Below, one piece after another: positions 33,091 to 46,434 of a DNA stretch of 64,000 nt. The first letter of the stretch is position 1. Every line of letters begins with the position of its first letter. Made by a program: the position numbers and the translations under genes. The notes beneath the pieces are model-generated. The model did not search any database, had not been told where the DNA came from, and saw only the letters and a list, made by a program, of their open reading frames with translations. The stretch spans positions 124,307,740 to 124,371,739 of the forward strand of contig NC_083401.1 of NCBI RefSeq assembly GCF_020745735.1, given 5' to 3'. The DNA comes from Hemiscyllium ocellatum (lineage: Eukaryota).

Positions 33091-34563
33091 GGCTTCCCTG
33101 AGGCATCCTTGATTTTGGCACCAGGAGGCAGTATACCATCCTGAAGACTCTTCAGAATCCCCTATCACTATAGTCCTGCCGGTCTTCTTTCTCCCCTCTG
33201 TTATGGCAAAGCCACCCATGGTGGGATGGCTGTGTCTCCTGTTAATATCCCCTCCCATGGTATCAGTATATCATAAATGCAGCTAGGTTTCCATGATGTC
33301 CCTTTAGATTGTTTGTTTGCTCAGTCCCTTGAAAAAATACTAGCAACTAGGGACCTATTTCATTCCAAACATTCCCACTACCAACCAAAGTGCTGACCTT
33401 ATTTTGCTTAAACTTTGTGCTAAGTATACTTCCAATAAGCAGAGAGTTTTTCCCGAATTCCCATTGACTACAGTTTTGTTAGGGATCATCTACCCTCTCA
33501 GGAACCTTCCCTTCCCCTCTTGGAATTCAGCTCTTTTGCCTGATATCTGAGATATTGGGGGCCTCTGAAGAAGGCTGAATTGGGTCAGTAAGTTAGCACT
33601 TCTTGTAGAGGATGCTCACCCTTGGCTCTTCGACTGATATACTGGGCTCCTCGCTACTGAGAATGGGGATGTCTGTGAGATCTCCTTCACCTTGCTTTGA
33701 TTAATTATCCATTGCCATTCATGAATAGATGTGGCTATCCTGCAGTACTTGTATCAAATCTATTGGATGTAGAATTGCTTAATTCTCATTTCAACACTGC
33801 CTGGCGTGCAAGTTGTCCTATGTTGTGCCCTCACCAGGTTGACACTTTATGATGTCTGCTGCTATTCTTGACATGCTATCCTGCATTTTTCCTTGAAATT
33901 GATCATAGTTGACCTGGTAGTTGTGGTACTGTGAAGGGTATGTCAGTCCATGACTAGTTGAATACAGTGCTGTTGATGCCCAGGTTAACATGCTAGTTCT
34001 GTCTGAGGTCTCTGCCATTCAGTATGTTAGTGTGACATGGTGAGTAGGTTCCATGTCATGATGGTACGTCATATCCACAAGGACTTTGTGGTTGTCATTC
34101 TCATCAATAATACATGGACAATGGATCTGCACAGGTGGATCATGAAGGACAAGATTAAGAACATTTTTCCTCTTGTTGGTTCCCTCACCTGCTGCAAATC
34201 CATTTCAACAGTTTAGTTCTATAGGTCTTATTCAGCTCCATCAGCAGTAGCGCTACCAAACCAGGTCTTATTGATAGAAATTGAAGTTAGCTGCTGAGAG
34301 AAATTCTGTTCCCTTGCCTGTCTTGCTGTTTCTTTCAAGTAGTGTTCAATGTGGAGGAATACTGATTCAACTGCTGAAATGGTGCCTTTGTCAATGCTGG
34401 GTCGTTCTTTCATTCCTCTTATCCATATGTGAATTTTATAATAGTTTGAGAGCTGTTAAAAATAACATTGTTGTTGATCTGGATTCGCACGTAGACCAGA
34501 TCAGTTGAGGATAACAGTGTTTCTTTCATTTCCTGAACCAGGGGGGTTTTTACAGCAGTTGAA

Positions 34564-34753
34564 AAGTGTGGTGCTGGAAAAACCCAGCAGGCCGGACAGC
34601 ATCCGAGGAGCAGGAGAATCGACGTTTCAGGCATAAGCCCTTCTTATGCCCGAAAAGTCGATTCTTCTCTTCAGATGCTGCCTGGCTTGCTGTGTTTTCC
34701 AGCACCACATTTTTCAACTCTGGTCTCCAGCATCTGCAGTCCTCACTTTCTCC
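34564..34753. mobile_element. Palindromic hammerhead-family mini-element with a central deletion
   Basis: Inverted arms; 20-bp TSD gggtttttacagcagttgaa at 34544-34563 and 34754-34773. Confidence 0.85.
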
Positions 34754-36765
34754 GGGTTTTTACAGCAGTTGAATGTTTCCATGGAAGAAATAAGACGTGC
34801 GTTTAATTCCAGACTTAATAATTTAAATCAAATTTCCCCATCTGCTGTGGTGGAATTTTAACCTACGACCTCAGAGCATTAGCCAGTCTTTTTGAGTTAC
34901 TTGACAAGTGGCAATACCAGTAGTCACTGCCTTTGCACCCATGAGTATATAGGATGGGAAATGGCCAAAAGCTTCATTAAAGAGGTTATTAAAGAGGAGA
35001 AGAAATAATGATGGAATTGTTCAGGAAGTGAATTTCAGATCTTCGGCCTCAGCAGCTGGAATGTGGCCCCAATAATGACTGTTTGAAATTGGGATTGTGC
35101 AAGAGACCAGAATTAGAATGTAAAATTCTGATTTGTAGAATTGTCGGTGGTTAAAAGATATAAGGAGGGATTAAAAACTTGGAGCGATTTAAAAACAAGG
35201 GTGAAAATTTTGAAACAGATATTGCTTAGCTAAGAACCCATGTAAGCTAGTGAGACAGAAATGATGAGTGGTAGTTAGGATATCTGTACCAGAAGCAACA
35301 TTGTGAGAACAGGTTGTTGGAATCACTGCTCACAATTCTCTGCAAATGCATTCGAGTTGCAACATCTTTTAAATGGTTGATTGCACAGGAAATGGCTAGA
35401 ATTAGCCTTTCCTGGTGAGTTTAGTTCACATCTGGCACACAAGTACATACAATACATTCAGATTGTTACACAGGCAACACAATATTTCTGTGAATTGGTG
35501 CACCTCAGAAAACAGCTTTTGTATAATAACATTTAATTGCACATCATGTCTTCCAAAGTTACTGTACCATTGATACATGAACAATAGTTAGACTTATTGT
35601 CTTGACAGGAAAATCTGGCTGAATATTTCTACATCTGAAAGTAACACATTAAAACAAGACACATCATGCCTAAGAGGCTTGTACCAATCTCACATAATAA
35701 TAGTACCATAACCCCATACTGCATTGCTGTTTTGAATACGAAATCTTCACCAGCATTGTGCACTGAGAATTCCTTTCTGTGTTGAATATTTTTGGAGTGA
35801 TAGTGCACACAGTTGATATTTTGGCAATAATCTTAATCCAAATATGTGCAAAGTGGAGTTGTTTTAGTGGGGGTGTCACTTTTCCTGTTTGTGTCAAATA
35901 TGAAGTTTTACTTATTTTTATGTAGCTAAGTCATTCTCTGCTTAAAATTCAGAGAAATTAGCAATCCATAGATTTTTGTGCAGATGGGCTAGCATAGGGA
36001 AAATATTAAAGGAAATAATATTCTTGTTTTCTTGCTCTTCAGATAAAAGTTTTAATGACTATTCCTTGCAAAATTATCAAGTAAATAACTTCAAGCGTTT
36101 TATAATATTAATGGCATAGAAGTTACAGCAAACTTTCTGAAAATGGCATCAATGGGACCAGGAGTGTACCGTTTGATCAAATATTCCAGTTGATCAAGAG
36201 ATCCACATAATGTAAATGCGCACACTAAGTAATAGAAACACAATGCAGGGTGTACACACATCACTGCAATACTTTATTTACAGCATAAATCATTTAAATA
36301 ATAATGCAACTTTCCCTTAAATAAAAATTGCTGACAGAGAGCCTTCTCACGAGCACCCTCAACTGACTATTCAGACATTGCGGACATCGCATTAATACAG
36401 TAAACTTGCGTTATTTGAAGTGTATAACTTTTACCAGTTGATAGAGAGTGCTGGTTAAAAGTAAGTTTGCTGTACCGTACGTATAATTACATAAAATAGT
36501 AATGAGTCTATTGGTGCATTTTTGAAAACCCAGGGATGTAACATTGCCTGATTTTGCATTACCTCTTAAAAGATATTTGTCAGGTTAGTTTATCATGATT
36601 TAAGTTTTTGATATGACTGTTGTTTGCTGAGTCTGATTGCCCTTTCACAACTATTATCATCTTTATCACAAAATAGCTTTGTCGTGTGTAGTTTCCAGAA
36701 TTGTTCTATCTCTATTTCACACATGGGGACAGTATTTGCTATTTGCCAGTCCTACGTGCATATGA

Positions 36766-36897
36766 GATTTCCTGATGAAGGGCTTATGCCCGAAACGTCG
36801 AATTTCCTGTTCCTTGGATGTTGCCTGACCTGCTGCGCTTTTCCAGCAACACATTTTCAGCTCTGATACTCCAGCATCTGCAGACCTCACTTTCTCC
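36766..36897 (+). mobile_element. Hammerhead-family mini-element with an intact core at 36772-36799 (sense to BOD1L1 intron 1)
   Basis: ttc CTGATGA A GGGC-TTAT-GCCC GAAAC GTC^ gaa, followed by the family 3' tail ending cactttctcc. Confidence 0.8.
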
Positions 36898-39123
36898 TGG
36901 AAGTGGAGTGGGCCGTTTCACCTGATGAGCCTGCTATACCTTCACTAAATTCATGGCTTCAGTTCTACTTTCCTGTCTAGTCCTGATCGTTTTTGTAAAT
37001 CAAAAAGTAATCTAACCCAGTTTTTAGTATATTCAGTGGCCCAGCCTCAACTGCTTGCTGTGTAGAGAGTTTCAAAGATTAATGCCTTTTAAGAGAAGAA
37101 ATTTTTCTTCCATCCTGTCCTGAATGAGATACTTTATTTTGAAACCAATTTTCCCCTAATTCTAGATTACAAAGGGAAACATTTAGCATTTATCCTTTCA
37201 AACCCCATAATCTCTTGTGTTGCAGTAAGATAACCTTTAATTTTTCTAAATTTCACTGAGTATAGGCCTAACCTATTCAACCTTTCCTATTCCCTCTCCA
37301 CGTGAGTGTATCGTCTCTCGAACATTGAGTATATTTTGTGGAGTAACGTCTTATGTTTTTGCTATGTTAAATGTGTTTAGAATGTGTTTACTGCATCTAA
37401 TCTTTCTCTGTTAATCTATTTTAAATCTTCAAAGAATTCTAACTAGTTTGTCAAACTCAATTTCCATTTCATGAAAATACGTTGGGTCTGCTTGATTGTA
37501 TTATGATTTTCTAAATACTGCATAATCCTACATCCCTAATGATTCCAACATTTCCTAATGTCAAATATCAGGAAAGCTGACTTTTCAATTCTGTCTCCCT
37601 CCTTGAATAATGATGCTGCACTTCTGTTTTCCAGTCCATTGGCACCTGTAGAAACATGGGAATTTAGAAGATTATAACCAGTGCATCTCTGCAGTCACTT
37701 CTTTTAAGGTTCTTGGAAGCAGACCATCAGGCCTGGGGTGGAGTGGGGTGGGGTTGGGCCTTGTCAGCCTTTAGTTGATTTGATTTCTTATAATAGTCTT
37801 TTTTTTTGCTTTTGGCCTGAATGTTAGTAGATCAAGGGTAAGAGAGTTTAATCCTTATGTGGAAACTAATTTTGTTTCAGGAGAGCAATTAACTGATATC
37901 TACAATTCAATTTCTAAAATTTTAGATCTTAAGCAGGCTTTTAATAACTGGCTGAACAGTTTGTTTAGTTAGTTAAAGAAGTGGTTGAAAATTCTTTCTC
38001 TAATTGGGTGAGATGGAAATTTTTATGCTGGCAGCATACAAAACTAGTGGTAGAGCCCTTACCTATGGGTTGGAAAGCCAGGTTCAAGTCCCACATCAGA
38101 ATGTTGTGGCCTCAGTTGTGTCATAACATATCCAAATGGGTTGATTATTAAGACTTCTTTTGAAAAATCCTAAATTGGTTGTCAGCATAACTCTTCAAAC
38201 ACTCAGAATTAACCCACAACTGTTGTTTAGTTTCAGAACCAGATCAATGACGGACACTGTGATACAAGTTTTGTAATCACGGGTCAGTTGTTCATGGTCT
38301 TACCTTGCTTGTTGAGAACAACTGAAAAGAGATGCTGTTTGATATGATCCGCCTTTGGGACTGACCCATCACTGAAACTCAGATACAGCATTCTTGATTT
38401 GTGTTGCACTGGATTTAGGTTCTTCATGGCAGTACCTCTACCAATCAGAGCCCACTTGCCAAATGGTGCACTCTCTTTTATAATATAAGTGTTGGTTTTC
38501 CGCGGTATTTTTGTGAATTGTCTTGATTGAGTGCAAAACGAATACCTTTGTTAAGATGTATTTTTTCAGCTGTACTCAGTTATATAATTCAAGAAAATGA
38601 TTAAGTAGATAATTAGAATGCATTAGAGATAGCCGGACAGGTGATGTCATAGTTGCAACCTATCTGAGCTCCTAGATAACAGTTTGATCAAGGGTGGTAA
38701 CTGTTTCACGTTGAAACAGCTTCAGCTCAGAGTTTAAGTTGGAGGCTGAACTACAAACTCAGTAACTTATCATGGTAGGAGAATGTTATCGGAGTTAATT
38801 GAACTAAGAAACAGTCACATATCTTAGAATTGAACCTTCTGATTTGGTAAACTTTCAGAGAGACGGCGTTACTGTGAGTGAGGCAGATAACAGGACCAGA
38901 GTGTGGTTTCCAATTCATGGGATACTGGCAGAACTCTGAAAGTAGGATATGTGTTATTTGTACATTGTTCACCTGAGCAATACTGGGGCTGTTGTTTTGA
39001 CAAGCCACGTAACCAGAGAAGTAAAGGCAAATCCGTGGTTGCGAATGGGTTCTGTTTTGAAGTTTATCTCCAGTCGATTTCTACATGAGATGGAATACAG
39101 TGTAGGGCAATGTAAAGTGGCTG

Positions 39124-39210
39124 AAAATGTGTTGCTGGAAAAGTGCAGCAGGCCAGGCAGCATCCAAGGAGCAGGAGAATTGACGTTTCGGGCATGAGCC
39201 CTTCTTCAGG
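39124..39210 (-). mobile_element. 87-bp hammerhead-family mini-element
   Basis: Core CUGAAGA A GGGC-UCAU-GCCC GAAAC GUC at 39209-39182; 15-bp TSD aatgtaaagtggctg at 39109-39123 and 39211-39225. Confidence 0.8.
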
Positions 39211-39890
39211 AATGTAAAGTGGCTGTTCATTATCTTCGTATGTCAGGTCTTTAAAGTTGCACATTTGGATGGATTCGCATTCATAAGTCCAAGTGTTTGT
39301 AAGACAGGGACCCTTGTATAGAGGATTTTAAATTAATCAATGAGGCCAAATAATCAGATTTTGTGGTATATTAAAGAGCGTAGATGAGACAGAAAGGAAA
39401 GGATTTAACGTGAAAAGTGACAACTGGAAGATAGAAAGTATAAATCTAAAAGTAAATCATAGATAAAGCTAGAGGTTGCTGAAAGCATAAAGGGATAGCA
39501 CTAAATACTCAGTGTCTGAACGCACCAAGCATTCGAAACAAAACATGCACTGGGAGCATAAATAGGAATATTTATGATTTGGTAGCAATAACAGACACTT
39601 GACTGCAGGATGACATGGATGACCTTGAAGGTTGAATATTGAAGAAGACAGGAACTTAGGAAAAGGAGGAGTGGCTAATGATAGTATCAGCCAAATATTC
39701 AGGATGTCCTAATTCAGGAAACCAGGAAGTGAAAACAGTTTGGGTAGAAATGATAAAGGCAAGGAGTCACTTGTGCGACCACATGGCCCTATCAATAATC
39801 ATACATTAGAGTGGAGCATAAAGGAAGAAATAAGGGAGATTAACAGGAAGAAGGATGATAAGCATGAGGTCTTTCTTAGATCTACATGTA

Positions 39891-40056
39891 CAGAACAACC
39901 TTAGTTATCCGAACATTGATTATCTGAATTTTGGATTATCCAAACAAGATGTTAAGGTCCCATAAATGCTTCCTTTGTTTACGATCAGATCAATTATCCA
40001 AATAATCAGTTATCCAAACAGTTATCCATCTCGTTTGGATAATAGAGGTGGTTCTG
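39891..40056. mobile_element. pogo/Tigger-like MITE (same family as 29067)
   Basis: Imperfect TIRs cagaacaaccttagttatcc / ggataatagaggtggttctg, with TA on both sides. Confidence 0.7.
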
Positions 40057-41809
40057 TAGTCAAGATCTTCATTTCTGGAAAAGTCAGATAAGCCAGGGTG
40101 CCTAAGTGAGTTTAGCAAATGTTTTTGTGATAGTTTTCTTTGGAACACTGTATTCTGAGTTAACCTGAATAATCTACGCTAAGCTTGGTTATTGTGCAAC
40201 AGGAGAGCATTAATTAATGATCTGAAAGTGAGGATGCCCCTCTGTGGCCTAATGTGATGGAATTTTATTTTCAGTTTGAGGGAATTTGAGAGGCTGGGAG
40301 GCTGTCTATTTAAAGACGTAATAAAGGAAATAAAAAGTAGACCAGGCTATACTGAATGTGAAATTATGTTAAAGATAGATAGGTAGAAATGTATTGCCAG
40401 ACTGTTAAGGAGTTGTCGCCAAATAGACAAAGGTGTATTTCAAAGAAAACGAGAAATTTCAGGGAATGGGGTCACTGTGTAAAAATAAGGGACACTTATT
40501 TAAAACTGAGTTGAGGCAAAATTTTTACTTACGACGGTCATGACTCATTTGAAATCCTTTCCTGAAAAAGTAATGAAATCAACCTGAATATTTTGAAAGC
40601 AGAAGTGGAGAGCTAATTAGTCAGCAAGAGGTGAATAGTTAGAAGATGGGCAGGATTTGAGGTTATAATCAGATCAGGACCAAACAAGGTAAACACAGGA
40701 AGAATCCTCTTGATGATTAGGGAGACCAGAACCAGGGGTTCTAATGGCAGAAGGGAGAGCATTTAGGACTGAGATGAGGAATTTCCTCACTCAGAATGGC
40801 AAGCCTGTGGAATTCTGTTTGAAGCCAAAATATTGAATGTTTTCAAGAAGGAGTTGGATACAGTTCTTGGGACTAAAGGAATCAAAGGTTACAAGTAGAA
40901 ACTAGGACCAGGGTTTTGTGTTGGATAATCATTCACGATCATACTGAATGGCTTGAAAGGCTAAAGGGCTTACTTTTGCTCCTATTTTTAATGACAGTAT
41001 GTTTCCATTCTTCCTGAGATGTTTTTATATACCTTGTATTGTGAAAACCCGTACAAAAGATTTGTTCGTGTCTGCCTTGTTTCCCACTATTAGTTCTTGC
41101 GTTTCATCCTCTAAAGTTCTCTTCCTTCCTATATATTTGTAGAAGCTCTTTTGTCTGTACTTTTGCTTATATTCTCATTTTGATTTCTCTTTTTTACGTC
41201 ATTCTTTACAACTCTTAAATTTTTGAAACTTCTGTCTTATTCTTCATAGTTATAGCCCCCTTTTCTGTGAAACTGTTAATTGGGTGCATCTTCTGCACTG
41301 CCTCTGCTGTTCCAAAATGTGTTGTGTCTGCCATTATTGCTTGCCAAACCTGCCCTTTTTGTAACCACCTATCTGCAATTCTTTCTATGTCATGGTCCTC
41401 TTTACAAATCACTTCATTTATCATTTTTATTGTGGCTACTATGCACATTGCTGTATCAATGGTATAATTTTTAAAAATAATTTTCAGCTTTTAGTTTTTA
41501 TGTTCTTTTACACTTCATAATGTTATCTGATTTCTGGCCATTTGTGTTATTTTTATTCCTTCCTTTAGACTGTCCTTGAGTATCCTTTTATGATTTTTAT
41601 TGAGAGTTTCTGTTATTTTAGGCAATCATTAGATTTCTCTCTTTCTGTGCTTTCCACCCCGTCTCCCTCCTCCTATGACTATAACTTCAACTTATTTGAT
41701 CTATTTCAACATTGTCTTGCATTGTTTTAAAGTCTGCTCTACTGTTGCTCTCTAAAGCAAACCGAAAGGCATGTATGCAATGTAGTAAGTTGTTTTTCTT
41801 TGTTTTTAG

Positions 41810-41934
41810 CCTGCATATCAGAATTTACGGCAGCGAGTGGATAACTTTGTGTCCAACCATCTTGCAAGCCACACGTGGAGCCCTCATCTGAACAAGAATC
41901 AGCTAAGGAACAGTCTTAGACAGATGGTCCTACA
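41810..41934 (+). CDS. BOD1L1: BOD1L1 coding exon 2 (PAYQNLRQRVDNFVSNHLASHTWSPHLNKNQLRNSLRQMVL)
   Basis: tttttag acceptor, GTAGGT donor at 41935, phase 0 to 2; continues the BOD1 domain. Confidence 0.95.
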
Positions 41935-44185
41935 GTAGGTGTCAGAATACAGAAAATATTCTTTTATTACACATTTTAAAAATAATGATTGTGTAGGATT
42001 AGGATTTACTTGAAGTTCTGTTAACATGCCCTTGGATTTTCTTGTGGAAAGTTTGCACTTAGGAACATGTTGATAAGTTGTTGAAATGCTTCAAGAAAAA
42101 TTCACGAGAAAATCAACATGAAAAGTGATGTACATGACAGGCACAAGCTAGGCTTACATGAATGTTATAGCACAGAATAGTTAATGTTAAAAGTACCATC
42201 TTTCAGATGAGATGTTAAATTGAAGCTTATATCCATCACCAAATAATAGACCACATGTACTACTGATAATTAGTGTTTTCATGTTGCTCTGGCCAATACG
42301 TCTCCCTCTTCTACGCCACTTGTGGCTTTAGCTGTTTGTTGGACTTTATGTAGTCATTGGTTTGTTTTGAAGCATTTTTGGCACATTCTGTGAAATATAT
42401 TACAATGGCACGTTAGTGAATTTTTTTGCTTTTGAAATATTAGTTGATGTAAAATATATGGTTTTTAAGGTGAGAGAAGAAACAAGATGAGGAAAGTTTG
42501 CAGATACACTTAAAACAGTAGTAATTATACAACTGGAAGTTCTACCTCTGCAAATGGAAGAGGGTACAGTGAAAGCATAATGTCAAAGTAGATTTTAGTT
42601 GGCAAGTATTTTGAATTTGGTACATCAAAGCACAGGACCAATGAAGTTTTGAGGATGGAGTGTTTGGTGAATGAAATTTAATGCAAAATACATTTTATAT
42701 GAAGAAGATTTAAGTGAGTTAGATTTTGACTGAAGATCTTCAGAGGCAAATGTGGTCAACCTGATGTTTTTGTCATCATTAACTTACTTTTTTGAACATG
42801 ATTTTAAAAGGGAATCCATTAGTCATCTTAAATTAGCATCAAACTTTTTTAAAAAAAAACTTAATGGCCTTTTCTCAATCCCCTTTCATTTAAATTCTTC
42901 TACCAAGTTCCTTTGGCTTTTCTTACTGCCTCTGCATTTGTGGTCTAAATCTTCCAGAAGACCATCTTTTACCATTTACCATTCACATCCCCAGCCCTAT
43001 TTTTTTCGATGGTACAATTTGCCCATGGCAACATGTCTTCCTGCAGGAAAGGTTTCTGCTATTCTCATTGAAACAGGGTTTACGATCGTGTTTTTGCAAC
43101 CGATGTTATGGAACAGACTGAACCACCTTAAAATATATTAAGATAGCCTAGACCCCATCTTTTTCTTATTTTTAAAGGCAGGTGTAAGGCATTGTTTGCA
43201 ATGCAACTCAGTTGGTCGAGCTACCAAGCTTGAAGCAAAACACACTTTATTCTTACACTAAATTAAAATACAAACAAAAGAGAGAAGAATTGGGATACTT
43301 AACTCTGTTGTAAAATTTTACAGAATAATAGATTATTTAACTACTGAACAGCAACTGTTCTGATGTAGTAACATTCAGTAAAATAGATTGTCCTACAGGC
43401 AATTCTAGCAGCATAAAGAGAACCGAAGCTTTTAGCTGTAACAGTTAGAAGAATAACAGCTTCAACATCCAGCTTCAAAGCTCCTGCAACTACTAAAAGT
43501 TCAACTAAAATCCTCGTTCTCTGGGCACTTGACCCTACCCCTTCATGCTGTTTCTGTTGTTCCAACTTTCAAAAAAAGAACCCAAGGCCTCACAACCTGT
43601 TTACTTTATTGACTTGGAACAGATCACTCAGTAACTGTGTCTCAGCCTCTCTTTATTAAATAAGCAAATCAAATACGTCTCTTAAAGCCATAATATTGTC
43701 TCACTGAGTTGATTTATCCCCTTTAAATCTCTGCAGTATTTGACATGTTGACCATGCTATCTGCTCCAAAATGTTTCGTTTTTCTCCAGTTCTTCAGGTT
43801 TGCCCATGCAGTTTTTATCTAACGATCTAGAGGTAACCAGTGAATTTCAAGCAATGGCTGCTTTTCATTTCTTGAAGTAGTTTGGTTAATCTCTCATCAG
43901 GAGTTGGAATGTGGAATGAGCTAGACAGCTCTTTTTCAGATTGATCCAGCAGGATGGGCAGAATAAACTGTTCTGTAAATTTTCAATACTTCTACCTGTA
44001 CTCAGCTTTCTCTTAACACCCTTCAACATTTTTAGAGTTATCACTGTCAGATTAACTACTTCAGATGCTGCAAAGATTTTTTTTGAACATTGGAAAGGGT
44101 GAACTCGTTTTCCATGGCCTTCACTCCCTCTCCCCCATGTGTTTCTCAACAATTTTGACACTTGTTCAGTCCTGTATTCTATCAT

Positions 44186-44322
44186 GCTAAATTGTCCGTG
44201 TTGTTGGGTGAAGGGCTAAATGTAGGAGAATGGGTCTGGGTGGGTTGCGCTTCGGCGGGTCGGTGTGGACTTGTTGGGCCGAAGGGCCTGTTTCCACGCT
44301 GTAAGTAATCTACTCTAATCTA
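44186..44322 (+). mobile_element. HE1-like SINE 3' half
   Basis: 'gctaaattgtccgt...gggttgcgcttcggcgggtcggtgtggacttgttgggccgaagggcctgtttccac..taatcta'. Confidence 0.75.
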
Positions 44323-45348
44323 ATATACTTTGTTTATTTCCATCTCTGCCCTAATTCCTGCCGTAGCTGTTTTTGTTGAAATCCTTGCAGTGCATCCATA
44401 CTCTACCCCACTCATGCAGCTCCTTACTCTCCACAATTTCTGGTGTATGCAAAAATAAGCTGTGTTTAATCTGTCAAAGTTCTACTTGTGTCTCATCAGT
44501 TTCAATGATGTACAGTGACCCTCAATCAGCAGTGCATTTAGTTTCAACTCAAAAGCAGGCATCTGGATGGGTATATGAATACAAAGAGTTCTAGGGGATA
44601 TATGGGCCAAGTGCTGGCAAATGAGACTAGATTAATTTAGAATGTTTGACCGGCATCTGTTTCCATACTGTATGTCTCTGTCTGTCTGCTGTGGATGATG
44701 ATGAATGTCAATAAATGTGACTGAATAATTTTGTTTCTGTGTCTGCAGGTGTGTGCATTTCCTGTGTTTATCTTCGCAAATACTTTAACTTGTTCTGGGC
44801 ATCTTTTAATCTAATTATGGACTCGTACCATTGCAATATTGCTTTCTGCTACATGCCCAGGAGCAATTGGCCCTCTGTCTTTGGCCATTTCTATATTATC
44901 TTCTCTAGTTGCTTTAGCTTCCCTCTAGGTGTCAAAGCTTTCAGCTGTAGGGCTTTTTGTTTAAGACATTGCAGAAAATCCTGATGTATTTTTGAAGTGA
45001 TTTTGCTGGTACTAAACTAGTAATTCATAAAGCAACTATTTTGCATAAAAGTACATTGAAGATGGTAAGGACCTCATCTCTGAGCTAGGAAGTCTGGGTT
45101 CAATTTCTACCTGGTCCAATGGTGTTTAGTAACATCTCCAGTGAGGTTGATGAGAAAATATCTAAATGTTTAACTTGCGTTGCTAGTAGCCTCCATTTTT
45201 TTTGAAGACATGAATATTATTGTCAATTTGGAAATGTGATTAAAAACATTTATTGATTTATTCAAATTAAAAGCATGAAAACAATGGACACTATACATAA
45301 TATATTGGATCAGAATATTCTGGGAAATCACTTTTTATAATTTTACAG

Positions 45349-45536
45349 ATCAGGTATGCTAGAAGTTGGTGTCGACAGGATCATTTCTCAAGTCGTGGAT
45401 CCAAAGATAAATCACATATTCCGGCCTCAAGTTGAGAAAGCCGTACATGAGTTTTTAGCAACTTTGGATCAGAAAGAAGAGCCTACTGCTATGAGTCTTG
45501 TGCCGAGCTCTGAGAAATCAGAGCCAACGACCCCAG
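45349..45536 (+). CDS. BOD1L1: BOD1L1 coding exon 3 (SGMLEVGVDRIISQVVDPKINHIFRPQVEKAVHEFLATLDQKEE...TTP)
   Basis: ttttacag acceptor, GT donor at 45537, phase 2 to 1; conserved BOD1 domain end. Confidence 0.95.
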
Positions 45537-46244
45537 GTACTACCTGAAAAAGTATGCTGCTTATTGTTTCATACAAAAGGTGGTTTTGAAAGATCTCCAT
45601 TTGACTTACAGCACTTTTTATCACCTATCATTTTGATGAAATGTTATCTTAAGAATTGAGAATTATGCTTTTCGTGTAAGTTGTTTCAAGAAAATGAAGA
45701 AATGAACTAAAATAAACTGCAAATTATAGAGAAAGAAATAAGCGATACATTGTATTTCTGGTGAACAGAAATGATGTCATCCATGCAGTTAAATGTAAAC
45801 CAACTTTAGAGCAAAATGTTATCTTAGTGATTGAATTATATCTCCAATAATAATGCTTGTGCACAAAATTCCTGTCTGGTTTGCATTATTTTACAAAGAT
45901 AACATAGTTCAACTGGTTCAATCCAGAGAACCTTTCAGAATCTTGTGAATAAGCATTCCTATAACCAAAGTGTAATTATAGATGATGTTTCCATCTTTGA
46001 GTTAAACAGATTAATCTGGACTTTGCAATAAAAATAATGGTGTTGCTATCATTGCTCATTGTTGTTAACAAGTAAATTGAGCATTTCTAGCATGGTTCAA
46101 TGTGGAAATTATGGAGTTGCTATCTTAAGGTCAGTTCTTGGTCTTTTCAATCGTCATTGAGAGGCTCAGTATTTAAATATGTAGAAAGATGTGAATTTGG
46201 AGTACTTATGCTCTACGTAGTCACAAAGCATCCCAGAAAAGGTT

Positions 46245-46434
46245 ATGTGTTGCTGGTTAAAGCGCAGCAGATCAGGCAGCATCCAAGGAATAGAAAATTC
46301 GACGTTTCAGGCAAAAGCCCTTCATCAGGAATCCTGATGAAGGATCATTCCTGATGAAGGGCTTTTGCCCGAAACGTTGAATTTCCTGTTCCTTGGATGC
46401 TGCCTGACCTGCTGCGCTTTAACCAGCAACACAT
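46245..46434. mobile_element. Palindromic mini-element with head-to-head hammerhead motifs (46301-46328 minus; 46351-46378 plus); family tail continues to about 46479
   Basis: Two inverted arms of about 88 bp around a short spacer that contains a third partial CTGATGA (46334-46340). Confidence 0.85.

Noticed and set aside
43185-43720. Possible second solo LTR on the minus strand; similar unclassified repeat-like blocks at about 9000-10200, 13590-14100, 38340-39060 and 49775-49995
   Set aside because: Compositionally repeat-like, but I could not define both termini or a TSD by eye, so they are not listed as features.
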